Assembly: GCA_964016885.1 (NCBI GenBank)
Contig: OZ024744.1
Coordinates: 53,630,001 to 53,694,000 of the forward strand
Direction of reading: 5' to 3'
Source of the DNA: Eledone cirrhosa
Taxonomy: Eukaryota
Length of the DNA: 64,000 bases
In this document: positions 52,050 to 64,000 of the stretch, piece after piece
Numbering within the stretch: the stretch's first letter is position 1
How the letters are laid out: every line of letters starts with the position of its first letter
Program-made: the position numbers and the translations under genes
The notes under the pieces: model-generated
Seen by the model: only the letters and a program-made list of their open reading frames with translations
Databases searched by the model: none
Told to the model about the DNA's origin: nothing

Positions 52050-52960
52050 TTATGATTTCTTCATTAGCCTCCCAAGGCTTGCATCAAGAAAAAGATTGAA
52101 GACAGTACATGTCTGAACATGATGATTCATTGCGGGCTTTATCATGTAAATAAAGATATTTAACACAACAAACTTGTAAAACATTTCTAACAAAAAAGCA
52201 ATTCCACTTGAGGAAGGGAAGTCCCTTCAGGGGCTCACTATTAGGTCACCCTAACCACTAGGGCAAGTGTCTTTCATTCCCCTTTAAACAAACTTGTTGG
52301 AAGGCAGCAGTTCCTTCAAGCCCCTGATCTTCCTCTTCAAGTGAAACCTGATAACCTTAATAAGAGATTCACCGAAGAGGAATGTCCCTGTCCTCGACCT
52401 TTTCAAGCGCGATCACCACACAACCTCTTTCGTTATGGCCAACAGACATGTAAAACTACTTGCCGTTCCTAACTAAAGGTAGACGTCGGGGCGAATGTCA
52501 CAATGGACTCAAATAATAGCAGCTGTTTATTGGATGACTACATGCAGATCGGGTTCATCCGCATATGCGCATCTAAGATAGGCCCGGCTGATGGTATTTC
52601 TGTTTCTGTAGAGTATATTACTAACCAACACCCACCCTTCAGTATTACTGCCAGACCAGGGATCTTTGGAAATTAACCATGGAACCTGGTTTCAAATTCA
52701 TCAGGAAGTGACTGGCAAATTTTTGTCCATGACCAGAGTCTCCCCGCCATAGTTATCACCAACCACCAATCCTCTAAAGAACACTGAAGTGGATTTTCCA
52801 CCGGTTGCAGTGCCATATTGGTAGAAGGTTCTAAAAGATTGATGACACCTCAGTTGCCAAGGGCATCCACTCGGTTTTTGCTTGTCCTAGATGGTCAGCT
52901 CCATCAACGTGATGAGCTAAGAAATGGCACGTCAGATACACGGTGACTACATCTCTCTGC
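52050..52960 (-). mobile_element. Highly decayed Tx1 3' end abutting (ATC)n
   Basis: DNA similarity to the ORF2 C-terminus (tttcacttgaagaggaagatcagg); end ggctaatgaagaaatc. Confidence 0.65.
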
Positions 52961-53150
52961 AATCAGAGAATAGCTAAGTATTATCAGCTACACCATACAT
53001 AGCTCTTCGCACAGCGGGTGTAGACAACAAATGGACTATTTGGCCAGTTGAACGCGTTGCCTTCACAAAATGCGAAGGAGCAGGCGTTCGTGTCTGGTCA
53101 GATGTAAATTGGGGTACGGCACGGCGGTTAGGCGCTAATAGAAGAGCCAT

Positions 53151-53713
53151 ATGGTGCTTGATGAAATTAGAGCCTCTCAAGGCTTTGGTGAACTTCGTAA
53201 AGAGAATGGCGCTCTTTGTAACACCTATAAAATATATTCAAAATTCGTTCACAATTATATAAAAAAATTGTGATATAGCCAATCCATCGGCGCTTCGGCT
53301 GAAGTACAGGGATGACATGACATGTCTAAGATCATCAAACACCAAGCACAATCTAGAAATCCTGACATAGATGTAACTTTTTTAGACGAATACAGCTTTG
53401 ATCGAGATTCAAGACAAACTGGTAAACATAGAATCACCTTCTCTGCATTTATTAGGCCTTCCTCGCACCGATAGAACTAATTTTTATGGCCTAAGGAATG
53501 ATATGTGTGTGAGAAACTTCTTACAACGTAGAAGACCTCATATTTTGTTAACGAAAACAAGCCAAAACTACTAGTTGATCAAAAAGCATTATACTTGAGT
53601 CAATTACACAACATAATGGTGGCCTATATGTTGTTGATGCTCCGGGTGGAACTGGTAAAACCTTCTTTATAAACCTATTGTTGTCTAATTCGACAAGAAT
53701 AAAAAATGGCTTT
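53151..53713 (+). repeat. Near-identical copy of 27992-28553 (Helitron remnant)
   Basis: The same spurious 60-aa ORF appears at 28096 and 53255. Only about 2 differences were seen by eye. Confidence 0.92.
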
Positions 53714-54242
53714 TGCTGTTACAAGTTTAACAACTGGGTATTGTGCCATGCTCCGTCAGTTGTATTGCCTTTGACTAAGTACAGCTCCAGAATGTTTTTT
53801 TTTTTTTTGTGTGTTGAGGTGTCATGAAGACATTCATCTTCCTGTTGACCTCTCCCAATTATATGTCGTTAGGTTTCTCACTCATTACGTCTTCATATGA
53901 ACAATGAACAAGAGATCAATGTCCCGTGCTATGTCGCTAACTGCGCGCTGGCCTATGTACTTGGAAAAAGTTTGTGAGTGGACGTTTCGAGCTTTATCTG
54001 TGCTTTTTGTCACATGAAATAGAGAGTACAATCATTTCTTCCCTTTTTCTCTAAATAATATATCAATCTTAGCTTTTCGCTGAATAAAACAAAAATAGAT
54101 TAGTTTTCTCCTTGGCCGCGTCAGAAATATTCTTCGGAGAGAAGATACGTTTGCTCCGTTTTTCAGGGTATATTCTCCTTATTCAAAGGCCGTATGCTGG
54201 AGGCCGTGCCAGTGAAACTAGTTTCATTATTAGACTTGTATA

Positions 54243-54555
54243 AGGGCGGTGGATTGGCAGTATCGGTAGAGGGTCGGATGCCATGCTTTCCAGCAGTTAC
54301 GTCCCTTAACGATCTGAGTTCAAATCTCGCTGAGGTTGACTTTGCCTTTCATCCTTACGGGGTCGATAAAATAAAGTACCAGTAATGCACTGGATAATTG
54401 CTGGCCTTGTGCCAAAAAGTAGAAACAATTATTAGACTTGTATATATAATTGTTTCTACTTTTGGCACAAAGCCAGTAATTACCCAGTACATAAAGTACC
54501 AGTAATGTGCTGAGTAATTTACTGGCCTTGTGCCAAAAGTAGAAATATTTATTAG
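54243..54555 (+). mobile_element. SINE with duplicated and inverted 3' tail
   Basis: Same body as 48135-48320. The tail is repeated in inverted (54447-54490) and direct (54492-54555) orientation. Confidence 0.8.
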
Positions 54556-55273
54556 ACTTTTCGCTTAGCAACGTATGTCTGTATGTGAAAGTTGGTGATA
54601 TCAATGTTGTTGTTATTGTTATTGTTGTTATAGTTGTTGTTGTTCTTCTTCTTCTTTTCCTTCTTTTCCTTTTCCTTCTTTTCCTTTTCCTTCTTTTCCT
54701 TCTTTTTCTACCTCCACCTCCTTTTTCTACCTCCACCTCCTTTTTCTACCTCCACCTCCTTTTTTTCCTTCTTTTTCTACTGCCCCTTCCCTCTTCTTCC
54801 TTCTTCCTTTTCGTCTTCTTTTCCCCCTTCTTTTTCTTCTTCCATCAAGCAGGTTTTGAGAATAAATTTTATATTCAATGAAACATAAAGCCCTTAGTAT
54901 CTGAAGAGCCCTAACGCTCTGTCTGGTCTGGGATTGGCCCCCACGAATACACGACCATTAGCTCATCACTCAAGCCTTTTGGCCGCGCGTTTTCACTAAT
55001 GTTTATACAAGGACCGCCACCCCATCCCATGCCCAAATATACTGTGCTGTTATTTGTAATGTACCGTCAAATCCCATAAATCAGCTGTTAAATCAATATG
55101 TTGCAAGAGGTTTTAAGTCCATTTTCTCAGCTAAAGCAGGGTTTAGGTCGATGGGCACCATGACAAGATTAATCACTTTATTGGAGTCATTTTACAAGCA
55201 ATGTTTTATAACCAGATGTCCTGGCGCTAACACTTTTTGTAGCCTCTTATAACATGTAAAGAGATGGGGTGCC

Positions 55274-55357
<84 letters not shown>

Positions 55358-57579
55358 TGAGAGAGAGAGAGAGAGAGAGGAAAGTGACAAAGGGACAGAG
55401 AGGCACATAGATAGTCATTTAGACAGACAAACAAATAAATAGATTGATAGATAGATGACCATAGATAGAGGTGAGGATATGGGTAGATAAACGTTTTAAA
55501 GCCATTCTCCGTGCTGAAGAATGAATTAGACACACTGCAGTTTTCATACTCATCATAGGGTCGATTCAGGATAGAACCAGTGTGAAACTTGTTAGACCAT
55601 TACTCAACAGAGTACTCGACACTAGGGGTAGTAGTGTATGGTTATATTATAATGAGTCTGGACTCTTTATAATATCTCTCTGTATAAAATTATTTGTCTC
55701 TCTGTCTGTTCTTGTGCATTCCCAAACGGCTTGACCAAGTCAAATCAAATTTTACAAGGTATTACTATTAGACCCCGGGAGTGTCAACATGTAATTTTCA
55801 TTTTCATTTGGATTAAAACAACACAACGTCACATTTTGTATATGAATGTATATGTGTCTGTGAGTGTGTTTGTATGCGCGTTCGTTAAGTACGTTATTAA
55901 ATACACACACACACACACACACACACATTTATACACATATACATATGTGCCGACTGACAAAAGGCAAGGTGAAAAGCTATGCGTGTGTCTGCGTGAATGT
56001 ATATATGTGTGTGTCTGTCTTAGTATATGTATGTATGTGTAGCAACAATTTATTCATTTAGACACCAACAAAAAATTACACAATGAATATTGTTTACCCT
56101 GAGGTGTTTCGAGATTGACAGATTTTCGTTTCAAAATTCTAATATCATTACAATTTTGAAATTTAGTTTTATAAAATATAGATATTTTGAAATAAGTATA
56201 AGGAAAATAAACCATATCCACAACCACAACTACAATCAACACTGCCTTCACTATCAAAATCACTACAACAACTGCCTCACAACCACCATAACTATAGCAC
56301 TACCAACGCCGCAACCACAACCATCACTATAATCACTATACCACTCCGAACACCACAACCACCACCCTCCGATCACTTCCTACACCACCACCAACACCAC
56401 AACCATTACAAACACCACGACCTTCTGCATCACCACCATCGTATGGTGAGGCCCTCCCAAGCTTAATGTTTCATGTAAAGACTAGAGTAGCTGTATATTC
56501 TGAATAAAACAATAAAAGCTTTTGGCCTTTCCTGGTCTGGTCTTTGAAAACTTGACCAATGGTTATGACAAGACAGAAACACTAAAAATCAGGCGAAACC
56601 GTTTGGCATTGATAAAGCCTTTCCTGAAATTCTTCACCACCATCTTTTTATTTATTTATTTATTTAAATATTTATTTATTTATTCGTTTACCTGTTTAGA
56701 TTTACCTACTCCTACCAATATACTTTAGTATAATTATCTCCCGCTCATCTATCTCTCTCCTTCCAATTCTTACCCCATGCCCCGCTATTATCTATGTTGT
56801 TCATTCCCCCTCTCTTTTCCCTTTCACTTTATTTCACTACACCTCTCTATCCAACATTTCCTTCACATACAGATACACATACATACATAATGGCTGCCCT
56901 CTCGTTATCGAATATGGCCATTGCACGATATAACATTATTAATAATTATTAATTAATGCTATCGTGCAATACCTGTGCGTGAAGATTATTTTTAAAGTGA
57001 GGAAAGACTGTGCACTGAGCCAATCCCACTCTCTGAGCGCCAGTAGCTATAACCCGAAAAGAAGAAAAGATCAACATCATCGGTAACTACTGAGCCGCAG
57101 GTTTTATGTCGGAGTTATCCCAGTTTCCTGAGGTGCCTTCTCATAGAAGAATGCCCTGACAAAGGCTAGGGGTCCTTCACTCCCAGTGGTTTAACCGCGC
57201 GATCGGGTATCCAGACCGACTATTTCTATATCCCCGCGCATATATACACAGGTGCACACATGCATATATACATATATACACACATATGCACATGTGTATA
57301 TACATATTTACATATTTGTCGATGGACAGAGTTCCTCTGCCCTTTGTAAGATTTTGTTTTCTGTCCTGCCGGGTGTCCAAAACAGCCTTCTCACCAAGTA
57401 AACTTGGTGGGGTTGCCGGTTTAGTCGCCGACAAGCCGACCATGCGACATGTTGTACTGGGTTAAATGTTACCAGTAGCACTCAAGAGACTTATAAATAC
57501 ATATATACATGCATACACACATACACACATACACACATAGCTACATACATATGTGTGTGCATATATATATATATATATA

Positions 57580-58615
57580 AAATTCATAGGGATATATGTA
57601 TATATTTAGACATATATTTAGACATAGTCACAGATACGTATATGAGTGTGGCTACCTTTCACTGTGTGGCTCAATGAAAAATTTAATTAAGCAAATAATC
57701 ATTAATCAGAGCTATATATAAAATTGTAAGTTTGAAGAATCATTAGATAAAATATACACAGTCCTTCCTCATCCTAGTCCGTAGAAATCAACCATATATA
57801 TATAATCATTTAAACGAGGCTATAAGTTTAAAATGTAACTAATGAAAAAATAATAACAAATGGTACAGATTGTCAGATTATCTTCCGCGAGGAACAGTCA
57901 GATAACATTTATCTAATCATTCCTTTTAGCCCGTAGAAATTAACTAGACAAATAATCAATTAAACGGAGCTAGGTCTAAAATATAAGCTATAAGAAAAAA
58001 TGCAAAATTCCTCTAGTTCCGACTGTCGACAGTTTCGCTCGCACTTTGTGGATATATCTAATCCTGGTATTATCCATGAGTCTTCGAGCTTATCAAGAGA
58101 CCCCTCAAGTTTGGACTAACATTTCTACAGTGATAACCGCCAGAAATGAATTCAAAAATGGCTAAGAATCATCACGTGGCTAGTGGTCAAATTAGAAGGT
58201 TGTGAATGGTGGCCAGGTGGCAATTAGGCTGGCTGCTAGAAAGCGCAGCCAGAGACTACCTAAAGTTTTATTCTACCGTACGGGAGTATATATTAAATTC
58301 ATAGGGATATATGTATATATATAGACATATATTTAGACATAGTCACAGATACATATATGAGTGTGGCTACCTTTCAAGGTGTGGCTCAATGAAGAATTAA
58401 TTAAGCAAATAATTATTAATCAGAGCTATATATAAAATTGCAAGTTTGAAGAATTATTAGATAAAATATACACAGTTCTTCCTCATCCTAGTCCGTAGAA
58501 ATCAACCAGATAAATAATCATTTAAACGAGGCTATAAGTTTAAAATATAACTATGAAGAAGTAATAGACTATTTTCCGCGAGGAACAGTCAGATAAAATG
58601 TATCTAGTCATTCCT
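57580..58615 (-). mobile_element. Partial tandem non-coding element (~715-bp period) with a hammerhead
   Basis: 57580-57924 is repeated at 58295-58615. (TA)n lies at the left end and the hammerhead lies between the repeats. Confidence 0.78.
58015..58102 (-). ncRNA. Type I hammerhead variant: U3-A8 core, long stem II, 12-nt palindromic stem III
   Basis: ggtctc-TTGATAA-GCTCG...TGGATA..TATCCA...CGAGC-GAAA-CTGTCGACAG-TC-ggaact. Confidence 0.72.
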
Positions 58616-58619
58616 AATG

Positions 58620-59900
58620 GGGGTGGGGGGTGGGGGGGACCCAGGGTGACTCAGGTACCCCACCAATCCCGAACTAGCTGACACTTCTGGGGCACCCGGG
58701 GAGAGCACCCCTCTCCTCCTCAAATTAACCAGCCTCCATGCGCATGATCAGAGTAGGCCCATTCACACTGGCCATTCTCGCCACATTCACCCACCTTTTA
58801 GAAAGTGTACTGGGAGGCAGCACTTCTCTCTCCACCCTCACCTTCCTTTCCAGGTGAAACTTGAAGAAGTTGATGAGGGATTGGCCTAAGAGAAAAGTGA
58901 CTGTCTTCAGTCCTTTTAACCTGGTTCACTATGTAACCACTTTCACTACTGTCACCAGACAGAGGAATATTGCCTGCGTCTTCCTGGTCAAAAGAATGCG
59001 GCGAGTCGATCTTCACTATGGACTCGGCCGATAACTGGATCCGTTCTACACGCGACAACAGCTGTTCCACATAACTCCACGAGTCAGTAATGCACGGACA
59101 CTGGACAAGTGCGTGTAGAATGGTTTCGTCTCTCTACGCGTACACCAGGCAGGTCCATTTGATAGCACTTCCTTGCCTGTAGAGTTTATCTCGAATCAGC
59201 ACTGCCCCACGGTAGCACTGCCATGCGAGGGATTTCTAGAAGTTACCCATCGTCCTCGGCTCGAAAGTCATCCGGAACAGACTGGTCAGTTCGACTTTGT
59301 CGACGCCCAGAGCCTCTCTGAGTTCGTCGTCGCACTTGCCCACAACTAATCTTCTATAGAACTCGAGAGTGGAAGTTCCACTGGCCGCGTTGCCCGCCTG
59401 GTAGAGGGCAGTGAGTGTCTGGCAAAATTTCAGATGCTAGTCACCCAGTCTAGGTCTCTTCTTGACCCAGGTATGCAGCTCAGTCAAAGAGACAAACTGC
59501 AGAAAGGCCCGTCTGACAAACGGCGACCACACCTGTTCGTAGTTTAGGCAGAGTATCAGGAGATGCCGCAGCCTCAGTGCATGTCTCCGTATCTTTAGCC
59601 ACGGCATGCCCAGCCCTCCACGTAGTGTGTGCTGGCAGCAGATGGACGCCTCACCAACGGAACCTGTCCCCTTCACAAAAATTTGAAGAGGAGGCGTTCA
59701 AAGTTGGTGAGGCGCAGACGGGAGCACGGGACGACGATCAGGCGGTAGTAGATGACGGATGCGATGGACGCATTCGTCACCTCCGTCCGCCCAAACTTTC
59801 AGTAATAGCTTCCTTGCAGCCCATTTCTGGTTGACACTGGCAACCCTGCTCGTAACCTAGCCCCAATTATTATCCACCTGGAGGTCTGGTCCGAACCAAA
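58620..59900 (-). mobile_element. Decayed Tx1 ORF2 3' end
   Basis: ICCQHTLRGGLGMPWLKIRRHALRLRHL; EQLLSRVERIQLSAESIVKI. Confidence 0.88.
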
Positions 59901-59929
59901 GATACTTAAAGTTCTCAACTGTTTTGATT

Positions 59930-60527
59930 GCTGTACTAGAATCAAAACAGTTGAGAACTTTAAGTATATTGGAGTCTGGATGCACAGCTCACGCAAGGAC
60001 TTTGAAGTTAGAAAAACATTAGCATGGTCGGCCTGCCACAAGCTACTGAAGGTGTGAAAGTCCGACCTTAACCGCAAAACCCAGGAGCATCTCTTCCTAG
60101 CAACTGTTGAATCCGTCCTGCTTTACGGCAGTGAAACGGGGACTATTGACAAAGTGCTATGCAAGAGACTTGACAGATGTTACACGAGGATGTTGAGAAT
60201 GGCTCTCAACATTTCTTGGAAACAGAAGCTGACAAATAAGGAACTATACAGATCACTACCACCGGTCTCAAAAAAGTTGCCTGCAGACGAATGAAACTGG
60301 CTGAGCACTGCATCCGTCATCCAGAAGGGATAGCATCACAACTTGTGCACTGGAAACTGGCGGTCGGACGAAGAAGCGTGGGAAGACAGGCCGTCTCATT
60401 CATTGATACCCTGCTGAGAGATGCCAACATTGATAACATCGATGAACTGAGAAATGTCATAATCGACCGGGACGATTGGAGAAAGCATGCTGAATCTTTG
60501 CGAGTGTAAACTCGGTCGAAGAAGTAA
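59930..60527 (+). mobile_element. RTE-clade LINE 3' end
   Basis: VENFKYIG...TVESVLLYGSET...LDRCYTRMLRMALNISWK...MKLAEHCIRH...IDRDDWR. Confidence 0.82.
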
Positions 60528-61166
60528 ATTGTATTATAATTTTACAAACATGCCTACATAAATTTGAACTGTAATAATTTAAGTATATAATCATTATCTA
60601 TAAAAGGCAGATTTTTGTGTCTGTATGTATGTTTCAATTTTATACATTTACACAATTCCAAAAATATTGAATGAATAATTAAGCAGAATGTTTACAAATA
60701 TTCTAACTTGGGTCATGGGCGAACTTATTGGGTAAAAAATGCCACAATTACGGAAAAATCGATTTATTTCAACAATCGATGATTTCTCCTCTGTCATATG
60801 ATATACGTTTCCTATATCTACTCCCTTCATCACCTCCCCTTAAAATTGCTACCTTCTCTTATAAGTGTTTGTGAAAAAGAGAAACATTGAAAAAAAACAT
60901 ATACACACATATATGTGGGTGCATACACACACATATATGTTGGTATGATTACGATTGACGTCATAGAAACAGGAACGCAGGAATTTCAATCAATCAACGC
61001 ATACACAGTTTGTTTTAGAAATAACAATAGCATATAATGATAAAGAGGGAGAGAGAAACAAACAGACACACTAAAAGACGGATATATGTGTGTGTGTTTG
61101 TATTAGCGCGTTCAAACTCCATTTCGAAGCTGACTTTCATTTACTAAACTGTAAGTTTTTCAATCG

Positions 61167-61403
61167 ACCTTACACTTTCAAACTATATTTTTCTGTATAA
61201 GTAACTTTAACCCTTTATTTTCGACATAAAAATACACACATACATACAAAGACCTGTAAAGTTTTTTTGGGGGCCTTTCTTATCAATCTTTTTACATTCA
61301 ATTATCAGCCTTATACTTTCAAAGTCAATTTTTATGTTGAAGTAACTTTCAACCTTTAATACATACATACATACATACATACATACATACATACATACAT
61401 ACA

Positions 61404-61435
<32 letters not shown>

Positions 61436-61688
61436 CACACATACATACATATACACACATACATACAAATACCTGTCACTTAATTTACACACACATCGTC
61501 CTTACACTTTCAAACTAAATTTTTCTGTAGAAGTAACTTTAACCCTTTCTTTTCGACATAAAAATACACACATACATACAAATACCTGTAAAAAAATGTT
61601 GGGGCCTTTCTTATCAATCTTTTTACATTCAATTATCAGCCTTATACTTTCAAAGTCAATTTTTATGTTGAAGTAACTTTCACCCTTT
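61167..61688. repeat. ~190-bp direct repeat (61167-61357 and 61498-61688) around (CATA)n in the Helitron 5' region
   Basis: Direct comparison. A shorter ~45-bp subunit recurs to 61820. Confidence 0.85.
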
Positions 61689-61818
61689 ATTTTTCGATAC
61701 CCATTTACTTACTAACATTTGTATCACAGCAACAATAACAATATTCATAAACAGACAGTAGATTTTCAAAGTCAATTTTTCTGTAGAAGTAACTTTCACC
61801 CTTTCTTTTGGACATAAA

Positions 61819-62508
61819 ATGTCACCTAAAAAGAGAAGTCGCCTCAGTCGACATACCGCGTCAGCAGTGGCGCAAAAGGCTACTATAGCAAACGAGTCCT
61901 CTGAGGAAAATGCTTCAAGACTTTCACAGACAGCCTTATGTTCAGCAGAATGTCGAGCCGCTGAAAGTTTCCAACAGCGCACCGCACGCCTAGCCCAAAT
62001 GGCTTCATACCAGGCTTCTTCCAGGGCTTCAGAGAGCCGTGAACAAAGGTCGAAGCGCCTGGCTAGAAAGGATGCGACTAATGCTGCTTCCAGGTCTTTC
62101 GAACGTTTAAAACAACGGACGGCTCGCCTTCCTACGAACGCTGCGGCTATGACTACTTCCATGGCTTCTGAAGATGCATACGGGCGGTCCATTAGCATTG
62201 CAAATGTTGCTTCTGCTATTGCTGCCAGACCTTCCCACCAACCACACGACCAATGTTCTACGTTCAAGCGTAACAGTCGACGGCGAGAAGCTCCACGCGG
62301 TGTGACGAGCCCCAACAGCCCTTACTGGCACCTACGGGCTTTCAAGTGTGAGCAAAACGTTAATTACTCGATGCGCTCTGACATAAATATAGGCGAGGTA
62401 CGCTTCAATTGCCAATTCTGCAATGCTACAAAGTGGGCTGGGGAGCCACCTGCAATGTGCTGCTTAAACGGTAAGGTCACCTTGCCCCCTCTTACGGAAC
62501 CGCCATAG
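61819..62508 (+). pseudogene. Helitron RepHel N-terminus with Cys-rich zinc-finger motif
   Basis: Repeated ES.EQR..RLA helices; IGEVRFNCQFCNATKWAGEPPAMCCLNGKVTLPPL. Confidence 0.85.
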
Positions 62509-62574
62509 CCTTTGAAGGAACTACTGACTGGTTATACCTCAAGGTCAAAAAAAAAAAAAACCCTGATCCCCCCA

Positions 62575-63843
62575 ATAAAAAACGCTCCTGGGAGTACCGG
62601 AAAAACTTTTGTAACGAATTTGATTCTCGCTAAGATTCGTCAGGAGAAAAAATTGCGTTGTCCGTTGCATCGTCCGGGATCGCTTCTACTTTGCTGCCGG
62701 GAGGCAGGACAGCACATTCAACCTTTAAACTCCCTTTGGATTTAGTAAAAACTGAGACAGCAACATGCAATATCAGCAAGAGTTCACACAAAACTCTGGT
62801 TCTCAAAAGATGTTGCCTCATTGTTTGGGATGAGTGCACAATGGCACACAAGGGTGCCCTTGAGGCATTGGACAAGGCCCGGAAAGACATTAGGGATTCT
62901 ACGGCTCCTATGGGTGGCGTAACCCTTCTGCTATCAGGGGATTTTCGGAAAACGCTGCCTGTCATCCCCAAATGGACAAGAGCTGATGAAGTGCGTGCCT
63001 GTCTTAAGTCGTCCATGTTGTGGCTCCAGGTTAATAGTTTGTACCTGAGCACAAATATGCGTGCTCATTTGCATGGTGACAACATTTCTGCAGCACAGAA
63101 CATTTTAGCACTTGGTGAGGGCAAGATCCCTGCGGATGACAAGGGCGGCATAGCAATCGACACCCTGTGCAACATTGTGAGCAGCCCTTCTGACCTTTGG
63201 GAAGCAGTTTTTCCTAATGTCTCATCTAACTTTAAAAACCTCGATTGGCTCAGCGAAAGAGCCATCCTTGCTCCGAAAAATACCATGGTTAATTTTATTA
63301 ACGAGCAGCTGATTGAGAAGATTCCCGGTAAAGAGCACATCTTCAAATCAGACCCCGACGATATCGTTAATTATCCGGTTGAGTTATTAAATCTCCTTGA
63401 GCCCCAGGGCTCCCACCTCACATTATTAAGCTTAGGGTTGGCTGTCCCATTATGCTAATAAGGAACTTGCGTCCACCAAAGCAGTGCAACGGTACTCACA
63501 TGGTCGTCAAGTCACTGACACCCACTTGATTGAGGCCACCATTGTAACGGGGTGCGGAAGAGGGGAGAATGTTTTCATTCCAAGGATGAACCTTTTCCCC
63601 TCGGCGTCAGATATCCCGTTCGATTTCCGGCGATCCCAATTCCCGGTGAGAACCTGTTTTGCCATGTCCATTAACAAGTCACAAGGGCAAACATTGTCGG
63701 TGGCGGGCATCCATTTGGGGGAGCCATGCTTCTCCCATGGCCAACTTTATGTTGCCTGTTCCCGCGCAGGGAGCAGGAATGGACTTTTTACTTACTCTCC
63801 TCAAGGGATGACACGCAATATCGTCTACAAAGAGGTGCTATAG
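62575..63843 (+). pseudogene. Helitron Pif1-family (SF1B) helicase, frameshifted
   Basis: APGSTGKT, VASSGIASTLLPGGRTAHS, IVWDEC, GDFRKTLP, FAMSINKSQGQTL, FSHGQLYVACSR. Confidence 0.93.
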
Positions 63844-64000
63844 ATGTTGATGCAGGTGTTGGAGCTATGCCGTCTGGAACACTATTTCTTGGTAGGGTAT
63901 CCTATGGCGGACAGATCTGACACCCAGCGGCATCAGGGCCACCTTCTTGCAACTTTGGTCTACTAAATTCGCTATTGGAAGATTATTAACCCATCATTGA

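Larger units (their letters stand above)
60597..64000 (+). mobile_element. Internally deleted Helitron (3' end probably beyond the window)
   Basis: A|TC start (tctataaaaggcag), RepHel N-terminus and Pif1 helicase. The 5' boundary is inferred. Confidence 0.85.

Noticed and set aside
53720-54235. Possible DNA transposon remnant
   Set aside because: No transposase motif or TIR could be identified by eye.
61140-61820. Spaced repeats resembling a CRISPR array
   Set aside because: Unit and spacer lengths are irregular, spacers are duplicated, no cas genes are present, and the context is a eukaryotic Helitron.
61680-62315. 211-aa minus-strand ORF
   Set aside because: Antisense shadow of the Helitron RepHel N-terminus.

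Overview
AT-rich, microsatellite-rich eukaryotic repeat DNA with no recognisable host exon. The tRNA-like SINEs resemble the abundant octopus SINE, so an octopod genome is likely (recalled similarity, not searched). Most of the window is stacked retroelements: about 8 Tx1/L1-clade LINE copies (one near-intact at 5264-10800), four or five R4/Dong RLE-type LINE pieces, RTE and CRE fragments and two kinds of Penelope-like (PLE) coding remnants. There are also a mariner fragment and Helitron remnants. Two signals stand out. (1) At least six small non-coding, mostly (TA)n-associated elements carry type I hammerhead ribozyme motifs with palindromic stem III, in fold-back or tandem arrangement. Two unrelated ones share a U3-A8 core covariation and a long stem II. 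(2) Full-length Tx1 elements sit inside microsatellites, with the same motif on both flanks ((ATT)n or (TATC)n), and form a head-to-tail array. Coordinates were read by eye and may be off by a few bases.
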